A DNA stretch of 64,000 nt from an uncultured archaeon. Lineage in GTDB: Archaea; Aenigmatarchaeota; Aenigmatarchaeia; CG10238-14; SCSR01. How positions within the stretch are numbered: the stretch's first letter is position 1; the number at the start of each line of letters is the position of its first letter. The notes beneath the pieces were generated by a model. It searched no databases, was not told where the DNA came from, and saw nothing but the letters and a program-made list of their open reading frames with translations. This document shows, one piece after another, positions 28,790-38,815 of the stretch. The DNA lies in NCBI GenBank assembly GCA_964373665.1, contig CAYJVM010000001.1:93325-157324 (forward strand). The letters are read 5' to 3'. The position numbers and the translations under genes were made by a program.

Positions 28790-29149
28790 TTAAAACTGCC
28801 ATGAGTGGTGTTCGATTTTTAACTCGCTTCTGTATTTTCCGTTCGTTTCCCTATACTCTAGTTCCATCCCCCTCAGAGCGTGCAGATCAGCCAAAGGAAG
28901 TTTGTACATTTGAGAAAGTTTATTGAGTTGGACGTCGTCAAAATCAGACAGTCTTTTAGGTTTGAGAGACGAATCGTGCAGAAGTAATACAAGTTCTCTT
29001 GATGGTTCACGAATTGTTGCACTAGACACATGGATCACAGATTGGTCAGCATACATTGCAACATATTTTATTTCACCCTTCTCACCAGGAGCCAGCTCTA
29101 TCACTGGAATGACAGAATCTCTGTGCCTTGTGTTGACCTGATATCTCAT
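28790..29149 (-). CDS. hypothetical protein
   Basis: ORF only. Confidence 0.3.
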   Translation of the reverse strand: MRYQVNTRHRDSVIPVIELAPGEKGEIKYVAMYADQSVIHVSSATIREPSRELVLLLHDSSLKPKRLSDFDDVQLNKLSQMYKLPLADLHALRGMELEYRETNGKYRSELKIEHHSWQF

Positions 29150-29222
29150 AGGAAACTATACCTAATGCTAAATTAATATAGCTTATTTTTATCTTTTATT
29201 CACCAAATTAAGGTGTCAGATT

Positions 29223-29789
29223 ATGAGAGTCATCGGTTTGACAGGGACGATAGGTGCGGGGAAGGACATTGTCAGGGATATGCTTGAAAAAAAGTTCAGC
29301 ATCAAGGCTGTCAGGCTGTCCGATCTGCTTGATACCAGCATCTTGAAGAAGAACAGGATTAAAATCACCCGCAGTATCCAGCAGGATTTAGGGGACGAGC
29401 TACGAGAAAAGTACGGAGAACATGTATTGGCGAAGATTGCCGTAGATTTCATGAAGCCTAATGACGCAATTAAAGTTATAGACGGTATAAGGAATCCGGG
29501 CGAGGTGGAGTTCCTGAAGAAACAGTTCGGGGAGAGTTTTATCCTTATTGCAGTCGACGCGTCGCGCGAAGTTAGGTTCCAGAGGGTTGTAGGAAGGGGT
29601 CGCGACAGTGATCCTATGCAATATGAGAAATTTGTGGCCATAGACGAACGGGATCATGGAGTGGACCAGCCAGGGTATGGTCAGCAAGTAGGCAGATGCA
29701 TCGAAATGGCCGACATTGTACTGAAGAACGAAGGCAGTATGGAAGAGTTTGTGAAGACTGTGGATGAGTTCATTAAACAAATCTCATAA
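29223..29789 (+). CDS. P-loop nucleotide/nucleoside kinase (dephospho-CoA-kinase/dNMP-kinase-like)
   Basis: Walker A motif GLTGTIGAGKD and an NMP-kinase-like LID region RGRDSDP. Confidence 0.55.
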   Translation: MRVIGLTGTIGAGKDIVRDMLEKKFSIKAVRLSDLLDTSILKKNRIKITRSIQQDLGDELREKYGEHVLAKIAVDFMKPNDAIKVIDGIRNPGEVEFLKKQFGESFILIAVDASREVRFQRVVGRGRDSDPMQYEKFVAIDERDHGVDQPGYGQQVGRCIEMADIVLKNEGSMEEFVKTVDEFIKQIS

Positions 29790-29829
29790 CTGATGAAGGT
29801 TTATATAGAAAAATCTTGATATTAGAATC

Positions 29830-30369
29830 ATGATTCTTGGGACAGATGTTCTGCTAAAGCTTGTGAAGGAACAAAATCTCGTGGAAAATCTTTCTGAAAG
29901 GGAGCTGACGAATCCTGAAGGCGCCGGCTTTGATTTAAGGTTAGGCGAGCTTTACATGATAACAGGAAAGGCACTGCTCGGTATCAGTGAGAGAGAGACA
30001 CCTGAGATAGAAAGCGTGGCCAAGTTCGATGACGGAAATAAAGTATTCCATACTATTAATCCGGGAGAGTTTTACCTTGCCAAGACGATTGAGAAGGTAA
30101 ACACACCGCAGGACATTACAATAAACTTCAAACCTAGGACGACAACTTTCAGGTCAGGTCTGCATATAAGGACGGGGAATGTCGCGCCCGGCTACAAAGG
30201 CGAGCTTACTTTTGCGATAAAGAACGACGGGCCGGTGCCTGTCACACTTGAGATGGGCGCGAGGATTGTTCATGCGCAGTTCCATCTTGTCGAAGGTAAT
30301 GTTAATTCTTATCGCGGCCAATGGCAAGGCGGGAGAGTAACGAGCGAGGGGAAAGAAAGGCAACTCTAA
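29830..30369 (+). CDS. dCTP deaminase/dUTPase-superfamily protein (divergent paralog)
   Basis: NPEGAGFDLRLGE and the following beta-rich core align motif-for-motif with the bona fide Dcd at 33925-34497. Confidence 0.6.
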   Translation: MILGTDVLLKLVKEQNLVENLSERELTNPEGAGFDLRLGELYMITGKALLGISERETPEIESVAKFDDGNKVFHTINPGEFYLAKTIEKVNTPQDITINFKPRTTTFRSGLHIRTGNVAPGYKGELTFAIKNDGPVPVTLEMGARIVHAQFHLVEGNVNSYRGQWQGGRVTSEGKERQL

Positions 30370-30554
30370 TAGGAAGTTCACTTCTTCAGGTATTTGTGCT
30401 CTTCGGCAAGTTTTCTAAGCAATTTTCTATCTTCCTTTATGAACTTTCTCGCAATTCTTATCACATTGTCTCTTACCATATTATTTCCCATGAAAATATT
30501 TAGCGGGGATAAAGAAAACTGTTATAAAGTTTCAAACATACCATTTCTAGTACT

Positions 30555-32315
30555 ATGAGCTACACAACTGTAATAAATGGGCTGGAGCTTTACAAGCATT
30601 CGGAATTCCCTGTAGTCATCGGCAATCCTAAGAGTAACCTGGCTCTGTGTGTCGTATGGCAGGATGCTGATAGAATACTCAATTTCCACCCCGAGTTCAA
30701 GGAAAAGTTCGCATTAATAGGCAATCTACGCTCTCCTTTCGGCGTCAACATCATCCTTTACAATCTCGCTCTTAATCCCCAGATAAGACACGTCGTCATA
30801 TGGGGCCCGGACAAGCTGAGCAACACGAACATAGGCCTTGCAGGAAAGAACGCCCTCATCAGCCTGTGGAGGAATGGTATTGACAGTGAGAAGCAGATAA
30901 TAGATACTCCATTCAAAATTGTCGAGGAAATAGACAGCACGGTTGTCCCGATAATTTTAAAGAACGTGCAGGTTCACGAGTCAAGCTCCCAGCAGCAGCT
31001 GGATTTGAACTCATTGCCAACTTTGCCAGATGATAGATATATGGATGCGATCATGTTTCCGGAATTCGTTGTGAAGGCGCCTGAGACGTTCCCTTCTGAA
31101 GGCTATACGTATCCGATAAGGGAGAAGAAAGGCGCGGATGCATTCTTGTCACTGCTCCACACGGTATGGAAGTACGGGCAAAAGTCGCCGATAGACAAGG
31201 ACGGGGAGGAATTGAAGGAGATAAGGGGCGCGATTGTCGTGATTGAAGGAGAAGACCCGGAGAATGTTCACTTGCCTGACTGGCTGCTTAATGCGAAAGC
31301 ACTTGGAATTTCCAAGGAAAGCTTGGACAACTACTATCAGACGCAGTTTTCGCCGGAATTATACAGGAAGGAAATTTTCAACGGGATAACTAAATTCGAG
31401 AGGCCTCGAGACTATTCATATCTTTATGCCGAACTGATGTATGCATTCCCGCGTCCGGAGGAACTGGACAACACTGTGAAGAAGCTTTTCAAGAAAGGAG
31501 GTTATGATGCTGCAAAAAGCTTCATCGTGATCAATTCAAAGCTCGACGGAGATGCGACGCAGGATGTCGTGGACAAAGTCGACCTCATTGAAATGCCGGA
31601 TGAGAAGAAAGTTGAAGTATTATTGGAAGGGCTGATTCCGGCTACTGACCAGATACAGAACGTCATCGACAGGATAAAGCGCAAGGATGTGGACTTGGAC
31701 AAGGAAGTAGTCCTTTGGGATGTCCGATACCACAGCAGGCTGGAAAGCGGAAGGCCGTGCCTGCTCAAGTTCTCCTTCACCGTTAGGAACGGCAAGGTTG
31801 ACGTGCATGTTTTTGTCAGGAGCCATGACATCGCGCAGGCATGGTTTTTCAATTTCTATGGGATAGCGAAATTGCTTGGCAGTGTTGCAAAGGAGACTGG
31901 ACATATGCCAGGGTATGTTATCATGGAATCGGAATCGGCGCACTTTTATCAGAGGGACTGGGAAACTGTTAAGAAGCTGTTGGAGGAACAAATTGATAAT
32001 AAGCAAATTAGGATGTACTTTGATCCTGAACTTGATTCGGATCCGCGCGGCGTTGTTAATATAGCAGTGGTTGATGGCAGCATAAAGATGAAGCTGCAGG
32101 ATTTGAAGACAGGTGATCTCTTGTTCGAAACTGAAGGAAAGACTGCAAAGGAACTAATGTACAAAATCAAGCACTTTCAGTTGATTTCTCGTACAGACCA
32201 CGCTGCTTTCGTAGGTTCGGAATTAGCCAAGGCGGAGATGTGTATGAAACTTGGGATAGAATACAAGTATGACAATCCTATCGAATTGCCTAGCGGAGAA
32301 AGGGTTGTAAGCTAG
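30555..32315 (+). CDS. 586-aa fusion of an unknown N-terminal domain with a thymidylate synthase (ThyA)-fold C-terminal domain
   Basis: RPCLLKFSFTVRNGKVDVHVFVRSHDIAQAWFFNFYGIAKLL...ESESAHFY matches the ThyA active-site region (PCH..QFYV...LSCQLYQRS.D..LG.PFNI.SY.LL........HIY), including the nucleophile Cys. Confidence 0.6.
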   Translation: MSYTTVINGLELYKHSEFPVVIGNPKSNLALCVVWQDADRILNFHPEFKEKFALIGNLRSPFGVNIILYNLALNPQIRHVVIWGPDKLSNTNIGLAGKNALISLWRNGIDSEKQIIDTPFKIVEEIDSTVVPIILKNVQVHESSSQQQLDLNSLPTLPDDRYMDAIMFPEFVVKAPETFPSEGYTYPIREKKGADAFLSLLHTVWKYGQKSPIDKDGEELKEIRGAIVVIEGEDPENVHLPDWLLNAKALGISKESLDNYYQTQFSPELYRKEIFNGITKFERPRDYSYLYAELMYAFPRPEELDNTVKKLFKKGGYDAAKSFIVINSKLDGDATQDVVDKVDLIEMPDEKKVEVLLEGLIPATDQIQNVIDRIKRKDVDLDKEVVLWDVRYHSRLESGRPCLLKFSFTVRNGKVDVHVFVRSHDIAQAWFFNFYGIAKLLGSVAKETGHMPGYVIMESESAHFYQRDWETVKKLLEEQIDNKQIRMYFDPELDSDPRGVVNIAVVDGSIKMKLQDLKTGDLLFETEGKTAKELMYKIKHFQLISRTDHAAFVGSELAKAEMCMKLGIEYKYDNPIELPSGERVVS

Positions 32316-32360
32316 TTTTCGATAAAAACATTTAAATGCAAACATTAACATCATATTAAT

Positions 32361-32597
32361 ATGGTAAAAGCGATCATAGACATAAATAATGAGACAAATA
32401 AATTGTTGAATGTTCTCAAGGCCGAGTACGGGCTTAAAGACAAGTCCGAGGCTATCAACAAGATGGCTCATGAGTTCAAGAGATTTGTAAGGGTTGAGCC
32501 GGAAGTCAGACCAGAATACATAAGAAAATTGAAGAGGATTCAAAAACAAAAAAGAATAAGGGTAGACGATTTCGCCAAAGAATTCGGATTGAAATAG
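32361..32597 (+). CDS. type II antitoxin (RHH/CopG-like)
   Basis: A 78-aa ORF 1 nt upstream of the toxin gene. It is charged and helical. Confidence 0.45.
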   Translation: MVKAIIDINNETNKLLNVLKAEYGLKDKSEAINKMAHEFKRFVRVEPEVRPEYIRKLKRIQKQKRIRVDDFAKEFGLK

Positions 32598-32858
32598 ATG
32601 TATTTACTAGACTTGAGGGACAAAGTAAAAGAAAAATTCCATAAAATGGAGAAGAAAGAAAAGAAACAACTGGCTATAATAAATAAGAAGGTCCTACAGA
32701 TAAGAGAGGATCCACACAGATTCAAACCGTTAAGCAACGTGATGAAAAGGATAAGAAGGGTTCATATAGACAAGAGCTTTGTGCTCACATATTCAATCGA
32801 TGAGGCAAACAAAACTGTAATTCTTGAAGACTATGACCACCATGATAATATATATTGA
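32598..32858 (+). CDS. RelE/ParE (YoeB-like) family toxin
   Basis: REDPHRFKPL...IDKSFVLTYSIDEANKTVILEDYDHHDNIY matches the RelE-fold C-terminal pattern. Confidence 0.55.
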   Translation: MYLLDLRDKVKEKFHKMEKKEKKQLAIINKKVLQIREDPHRFKPLSNVMKRIRRVHIDKSFVLTYSIDEANKTVILEDYDHHDNIY

Positions 32859-32876
32859 AAGCAAGACAAAATTCGT

Positions 32877-33869
32877 ATGTTGTTTATGATAGTAAATGAT
32901 ATCACATATGGGAAGTTTGAAATTGACGGTGTCTTGGAAGAGCTGGTGAAATCCAAACCCCTACAAAGGCTCAAGAAAGTTCAGCAGTATGGAATACCTC
33001 CGGAATTCTACACATTTCCAGGATTTTCCCGATATGACCATTCAATAGGCGTCATGCTTCTGCTGAAGAAGCTGAATGCAAGTGTCGAAGAGCAAGCCAC
33101 TGGTCTGTTGCATGACGTCTCACACACGGCGTTTTCGCATGTTGTGGATTGGGTGTTAAACAATAGGCTTAAAGAAGATTACCATGATTCGATACAAAAG
33201 GACGTTGTCATGACATCTGGAATAGGGGACATTCTTGTAGAATTTGGTTTGAAAGTAGATAGGATAACTGACAAAATGAATTTCTCCCTTCTTGAGAGGG
33301 ACGAACCTGATTTGTGCGCTGACAGAGTTGATTATGCCCTGAAAGAGTTCCACTATTGGGCCGATCCGATGAACGTAAAGACTTTCGTAGATAATCTAAC
33401 ATCAGTTGGAAACAAGATAGTGTTCAAATCCAAAAATGTCGCAGAAATGTTTGGCAAGAGCTTCATGAAGTGCCAAAATGAGCATTGGGGAGGAGCGCAA
33501 GCCACAGTTAGATATCAATTGTTTTCAAAAGTATTGCTCATAGCACTGGAAAACGGCATAATAAAAATGGAAGATTTGAATAACGATGACGATTTTGTGA
33601 TGAAAAAATTAGTCAAATCTAACGAGGTGCGAATCAAGAGAATATTTAAGATTCTATCAAGCGACCTTAAGATCGAAATTGATGAAAAGACACCCCAATT
33701 GAAATTAAGGAAAAAGTTTAGATATGTTGATCCGTGGTACATGGAAAACAATGAAGTTTATAGGTTGAGCGAACAAGACGAAGAATATGAAAATTTCTTG
33801 GAGATGAATAGAGAATTAAATAAAAGGGGGATTAACGTTAGGCTGTCTGTTTCCATAGAAAATCTTTGA
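32877..33869 (+). CDS. HD-domain phosphohydrolase (dNTP triphosphohydrolase-like)
   Basis: The HD-domain metal ligands are present: YDHSIGV, LLHDVSHTAFSH and DRVDY. Confidence 0.65.
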   Translation: MLFMIVNDITYGKFEIDGVLEELVKSKPLQRLKKVQQYGIPPEFYTFPGFSRYDHSIGVMLLLKKLNASVEEQATGLLHDVSHTAFSHVVDWVLNNRLKEDYHDSIQKDVVMTSGIGDILVEFGLKVDRITDKMNFSLLERDEPDLCADRVDYALKEFHYWADPMNVKTFVDNLTSVGNKIVFKSKNVAEMFGKSFMKCQNEHWGGAQATVRYQLFSKVLLIALENGIIKMEDLNNDDDFVMKKLVKSNEVRIKRIFKILSSDLKIEIDEKTPQLKLRKKFRYVDPWYMENNEVYRLSEQDEEYENFLEMNRELNKRGINVRLSVSIENL

Positions 33870-33924
33870 ATTTGTCGTGGTGTTTAACGCCTGTAATTGT
33901 CATTTAACTAATTATCCAATCAAT

Positions 33925-34497
33925 TCATTTCCATCGAAAATCTTTGAAGATCTTACTCTCGTCCGACCCTTCCTGATTCTGATATTTCTCATCACCTCTT
34001 TTTCCATACGCCCTTTCCGGTGCGGATGTCAGTTTCGCAAGAGTAAGCTTTGCCACCCTCATTCCGGGATAAAGGGCAACAGGCATCTTTCCTATGTTGG
34101 CGATCTCCAAAACCAATATGCCTTCCCAACCAGGATTTATCCCTGCGGATGTTGTGTGCACGCTTATTCCCAATCTACCCAAGCTCGACCGCCCGTCAAT
34201 CAACCCCACCAGCTCCTCCGGTATTTTTATGTATTCCTTTACTGACGCAAGCACGAACTCGTCAGGGTGTATGATGAACGGCTTGTTGTCGTCTATAGTG
34301 ACAAGCTCCGTATAATTCTCCAGGGGCTGCTTAGGGTCTATGTACGGCACTGAGATGACTTTGAATATTCGGAACTCGTTTCCAAGGCGCAGATCTATAC
34401 CAGAAGGCTGTATCTGCGTGTCAGCGTCTTCCATGTTGTCTATCCTAAGCTTTCCGGAAGAAATGCATTCCTTGATGTCCCTGTCCGAAAGAATCAT
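33925..34497 (-). CDS. dcd: dCTP deaminase
   Basis: MILSDRDI, GIDLRLG, GRSSLGRLGISVH and PGWEG form the textbook Dcd pattern. Confidence 0.85.
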   Translation of the reverse strand: MILSDRDIKECISSGKLRIDNMEDADTQIQPSGIDLRLGNEFRIFKVISVPYIDPKQPLENYTELVTIDDNKPFIIHPDEFVLASVKEYIKIPEELVGLIDGRSSLGRLGISVHTTSAGINPGWEGILVLEIANIGKMPVALYPGMRVAKLTLAKLTSAPERAYGKRGDEKYQNQEGSDESKIFKDFRWK

Positions 34498-34527
34498 TCG
34501 AATCTAATTATAGTTAAACAATAATGC

Positions 34528-35187
34528 TTAAATTCTATCCTCGAATGCATTGTTCACAAAGTCCGGAGTAATTTCCCTTACAGAGTTCACAACGAAATCA
34601 GCATTCTCCATAGGTTTTCCATCGCGGGAAATTGCGACCACCTTTATTCCAGCATTCTTCGCAGACAAAATTCCAGTTGCAGAATCTTCCACCGCTATAG
34701 CATGATCATTTGAGACACCTAGACCCTCCAGGCACTTGACATACAAACCCGGATCAGGCTTTTTGTAGTCAAAGTCTGTTATCGATGAAATGAAATCGAA
34801 AAACTTGTAGAGACCATAGTATTCCAATGTCTTTTGGATTATGTCTTTCTGGCTGCCGGAGCATATTGCCAGTGAGAATCCCGCATTTTTAAGGGAAGCT
34901 ATAACATCTCTTACGCCGTCGAAGGGTTTTGAATACTTGGGTATATCCGCAAGAAAAGCACCACGCCTCTTCTTCACAAGTCCTTTGATGTCAAGCGACT
35001 GCAATTTATACTCATCCCGAATGGATTCGAGGAATTGAGTTGTTGTCCTGCCTATCTTGAACTTGATGTCGCCATCCTTCAAGTAAATGTTTTGCCCGGC
35101 CATCTCTTCCCTGAAGAACTCGAACATCGCCACTTCCGTGTTCACAATAGTGCCGTCAAAGTCGAAAATCACAGCTCGCTGCATCAT
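34528..35187 (-). CDS. HAD-superfamily hydrolase (beta-phosphoglucomutase/phosphatase-like)
   Basis: HAD motif I is AVIFDFDGTIVNTE, and the motif II and III patterns are also present. Confidence 0.7.
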   Translation of the reverse strand: MMQRAVIFDFDGTIVNTEVAMFEFFREEMAGQNIYLKDGDIKFKIGRTTTQFLESIRDEYKLQSLDIKGLVKKRRGAFLADIPKYSKPFDGVRDVIASLKNAGFSLAICSGSQKDIIQKTLEYYGLYKFFDFISSITDFDYKKPDPGLYVKCLEGLGVSNDHAIAVEDSATGILSAKNAGIKVVAISRDGKPMENADFVVNSVREITPDFVNNAFEDRI

Positions 35188-35209
35188 ATCATATTAAAGA
35201 GGAATGGTT

Positions 35210-36163
35210 TTAAAGTTCGACCAACTTCTCATAGTTGGATGCAAGGGCCAAGGCGCCTAGAGGGACTACGTCTTCTCCTAAATTTGTTATCTCGACGCGA
35301 GGACTTCGATTGTATGCAATATGCTGCATGTGCTTTTTAATCGGGTTCAAAATAAAGTCCTTGTTGTTCACTGCGACGCTGCCACCAATAGAGATTAAAG
35401 AAACGTCGAAGGCATTGTTGACGGTGGCTATCCCTATAGCGTTCATTATGCCTATCTTCTCCAGTATATGAAGGGCCGTAGTATCCTTTCTGCCGGCGGC
35501 CTCGAATATGATTTCCGACGTAAGGTTATCCACTGAGTTCTTTGTTAGAGAAGATATAATGCTTTTCTTATACAAGTTAGTCCCGAGCAAAAACTTGGCG
35601 TAGTTCGGAATGTTTCTCCCGGAGCAGTATCCTTCCCAGTGGCCAAATCCGCCGCAGCCGCACTGGATATTACCCTCTGAGCTTACCACGACATGGCCCA
35701 TTTCTGTGGCATTTCCGTCCTTGCCGAGAATCAGCTTGTTGTTCAAAAGAACTCCGCACCCTATGCCGCTGCTGATTGTCACATAGGCAAGGTCTTTCTC
35801 GTTTTTACCATGGCCATAGAACTTTTCAGCTATAACGCCCGCATCACAATCGTTCACTATATAGACTGGGACTTTGAATTCCTTTTCCAATGGCTTGGCC
35901 AGGTCAAAGTTGTTGTATGGCAGATTAGGAGTGTTCAGAATCCTGCCTTTCTTAACGTCTAATGGACCAACAGCGCCAATGCCTATCGCGGTAAAGTTCT
36001 TTGCTTTCAACGAATTTACCATCTGTATCAGCTGGTCTATAAGCGCTTTCGAGTCTTCGCCAATTATAACCTTCTGCGTAGCCTTTTTCTTTATTTGGCT
36101 GTCGTCCCCATAACATACGCGCAAATTAGTTGCGCCCAAATCGATTCCGATCACAGATTTCAT
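35210..36163 (-). CDS. ROK-family sugar kinase (glucokinase-like)
   Basis: An IGIDLGATN N-terminus together with the CxCGxxGCxE zinc motif (CGCGGFGHWE). Confidence 0.7.
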   Translation of the reverse strand: MKSVIGIDLGATNLRVCYGDDSQIKKKATQKVIIGEDSKALIDQLIQMVNSLKAKNFTAIGIGAVGPLDVKKGRILNTPNLPYNNFDLAKPLEKEFKVPVYIVNDCDAGVIAEKFYGHGKNEKDLAYVTISSGIGCGVLLNNKLILGKDGNATEMGHVVVSSEGNIQCGCGGFGHWEGYCSGRNIPNYAKFLLGTNLYKKSIISSLTKNSVDNLTSEIIFEAAGRKDTTALHILEKIGIMNAIGIATVNNAFDVSLISIGGSVAVNNKDFILNPIKKHMQHIAYNRSPRVEITNLGEDVVPLGALALASNYEKLVEL

Positions 36164-36175
36164 ATAAACACCAAA

Positions 36176-37342
36176 TTAAGACACTATGCTAAAAGGATTT
36201 CTTTTATTAATGGCATCCTCAAGCATATTTTCAACAAGAATATTCCACGATGCAAAATTAGGAGCGGCGAGGGACTCTCCTGTCTCAGCATCATAGTTCT
36301 CATGCATACCCCCCGTACTTTCGATATCTTTCAATACTAGATTTGTTATGTTTTCAGCTAACAGAATCGCCTCCTTTTGGAGGCCGTAGTTTATCAGGCC
36401 TTGCATGTAGATGTAGTTTGAAATAATCCATATAGGACCTTGCCAATTCGAAAAGGGCTTTATAATGTTCCTGTTGTTATAGGCAGGATCATTCTTAGCT
36501 AGTGTTCTTATACCGTATTTTGCCCACATAAAATCCTCGGACAGTAGATACCTTCTGATGGTTTCTTTGCCTTCTTCCTCTCCGAGCAGTTTTCCCCACA
36601 AAGGAACGAACGAAGAATAACCAATCCTTTTAATATGACTCCCATTTTTAGTATCCAAGTTATAGAAAATTTTCTCCTTCCCATCCCACAAATGCTTTAA
36701 CATACCATTTCTTACAGATTCGGCAAGTTCCCCGAAAAGCACCTCATCGTCATCCCCTAGAGCAGATGCTATTAATTTCATCGACAGGAATTCCAAATAC
36801 ATGAATGTGTTCAAATCAGCGCCGGCTACAGAAGAATTAGGATAATCCAGGACAGCCACATTGTTGTCCGCACCAGATTCCATACTATCATACCAAACTC
36901 CCAAGTTATACTTTTTGTTCCACAAATATCTCCTTCTGTACAATACAATTTTTTTAACAGTTGCCCAATGCGGTTTTATCCATGAAAAGTCTTTAAGGAA
37001 CTTTGAAGCCAGAAATACACCTTGTGATAAAAAGGGCTTTATATGATTTAATCTCGGGTCATAGCCATTTGGAGTTAAACAACCTGCCACTTTACCATCC
37101 GCTCCGGCATTTTCTATATAGTTCAGTGCCCAGTTTTTAAGGTAAATGGAATTTCTTGGGTCTCCGACTGAAAGAGCAATCCCCATGAAAAAGCCGTCCC
37201 AATCCCACTGCTCATCATAAGGGCCACCAGGAACAAGGTAGTCGTGTTTTATTTTTCCGCTAGCGGAACGTTTAATTTTGGCTTTCATAGGTTCGATTAT
37301 TAGCTTCATGTTCTTTATCAATTCCACATTCTTAGACTTCAT
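36176..37342 (-). CDS. GH63-like (alpha/alpha)6-barrel glycoside hydrolase (mannosylglycerate/glucosylglycerate-hydrolase-like)
   Basis: Length and conserved acidic/aromatic blocks match GH63/MG-hydrolase-type enzymes. It sits next to the MpgS-like gene. Confidence 0.5.
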   Translation of the reverse strand: MKSKNVELIKNMKLIIEPMKAKIKRSASGKIKHDYLVPGGPYDEQWDWDGFFMGIALSVGDPRNSIYLKNWALNYIENAGADGKVAGCLTPNGYDPRLNHIKPFLSQGVFLASKFLKDFSWIKPHWATVKKIVLYRRRYLWNKKYNLGVWYDSMESGADNNVAVLDYPNSSVAGADLNTFMYLEFLSMKLIASALGDDDEVLFGELAESVRNGMLKHLWDGKEKIFYNLDTKNGSHIKRIGYSSFVPLWGKLLGEEEGKETIRRYLLSEDFMWAKYGIRTLAKNDPAYNNRNIIKPFSNWQGPIWIISNYIYMQGLINYGLQKEAILLAENITNLVLKDIESTGGMHENYDAETGESLAAPNFASWNILVENMLEDAINKRNPFSIVS

Positions 37343-37354
37343 TACTACTGCCTC

Positions 37355-38815
37355 TCAACTTTTGACGGAATGTCTTACGCTTTCCCAATCTACGACATCC
37401 AGTGCTCTCAGCATTTCCATGCTTGGAAGAACATAGTCAGATGTGACATCAACTAGGACATTTCCGTGGTGGTCATTCGGATTCGGGACTGAAATGCTTC
37501 TTATTCTGCCACCATATCGGCCGTTAAAATCGCTAATATCATCCTCTTTCCATTCGTGGAATAGTCGTCCTCTCCTTTCAATCTGCCTTGATATATCGGT
37601 CAGAAATAGTGCGCAGTTGGTTATTAGCGCATACTCTCTGTCTCTTGGGCTGTAATAGTTTTCTATCTTTGGATTCGGATTGGCCGTTTGCATGAAGTAT
37701 CTTGCACCACCTCGGACATCTACGCCTGTCAAGTAAACATCTATGCCAGTTTCAACCCCCATTCCAGTGGCCAAATGCATATGTCGAGTCAAATCTACAA
37801 CACCATCCCCAACTGTTAACTTACCCGATAACAAACGCTCACCGCTTAAAGGCCAACCAAGTGTTCCCAAAAGGGTCGTAAGTTTAACCATATCATCGTC
37901 TTCCGAGCTGGCGCATATCAGGTTATTTGCGGCGAACCAAGGCTCGTTGTTCCTGCCTTCACCAGTTTTCAACAAATTAACACCATGAACGTCTCCTACT
38001 GGATATGCTAGTGGTATCGCCAAATGCTCCAATGCATGATATTCGGGATGTTGGCCGTTTCTTCGCGAGTGACCTGGATTTACTATGTCAGTATCATGCA
38101 TAACCAAGGATGTGTCATATAGATTCATTGTGGATTCGAGTGCAACAAGACCTGCGTATACAGTCATGCCTTTCGAGCCTCTTGGAGGTACGGGAAACTT
38201 TGGAGGTACAATCTCCAACCTTTTCAACTGTGCCCAATCAACATACCTCAAAACTTCTTTCTGGTCCGCGACTCTTGCACCTGTTCTTCTAGCCTCATAA
38301 GTGGCGGCTTCTTGTGTTCCAGCGTCAATTGCCAAGACATTTTCGATGCCTACAAGTTCTCCAGCGTATCTTATTACATCGGCGATCGTATTTGACTCCC
38401 CCGCAAAAGGCAGAAGCACTCTTACAGAACGCGATCTAAGCGTGTCTCTCGCCCTTTCAATAATGAAATCGTTGTTTCCGTCAAAAATGTCCACATTATA
38501 TCTCCCACCATTATCAGATACAGGGGAATTATAAATTCCACAAGAAGCCAAGGATTCCCTAACGGAGACCAATTCCTCCGGACCTGTGGTGTGGTAGACT
38601 GGTCTTCCCTCTTGACTCGTATCTATGTAAATGCCGCCTTGGTGATTTCCTCTTCTATAGTCTACCAAAGCTTGCAACCATCTGCCTAGTTCAGAAGGAG
38701 GATTTTCATAAGGCGCAAAACCTTTATGAGAATCAAAGAAGCGCCTTTCGCTAGATGTCATAAGAGGGACACCCGAATAAGATTTATTTACCATGTAATT
38801 TTGTTTACTCAACAT
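37355..38815 (-). CDS. mannosyl-3-phosphoglycerate synthase-like glycosyltransferase (GT55-like)
   Basis: The blocks VLLPFAGESNT, GSKGMTVYAGLVALE and MHDTDIVNPG parallel the MpgS motifs (IVPMKNE, GKGEGMLVGLLLAK, FVDADNYIPG). Confidence 0.5.
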   Translation of the reverse strand: MLSKQNYMVNKSYSGVPLMTSSERRFFDSHKGFAPYENPPSELGRWLQALVDYRRGNHQGGIYIDTSQEGRPVYHTTGPEELVSVRESLASCGIYNSPVSDNGGRYNVDIFDGNNDFIIERARDTLRSRSVRVLLPFAGESNTIADVIRYAGELVGIENVLAIDAGTQEAATYEARRTGARVADQKEVLRYVDWAQLKRLEIVPPKFPVPPRGSKGMTVYAGLVALESTMNLYDTSLVMHDTDIVNPGHSRRNGQHPEYHALEHLAIPLAYPVGDVHGVNLLKTGEGRNNEPWFAANNLICASSEDDDMVKLTTLLGTLGWPLSGERLLSGKLTVGDGVVDLTRHMHLATGMGVETGIDVYLTGVDVRGGARYFMQTANPNPKIENYYSPRDREYALITNCALFLTDISRQIERRGRLFHEWKEDDISDFNGRYGGRIRSISVPNPNDHHGNVLVDVTSDYVLPSMEMLRALDVVDWESVRHSVKS

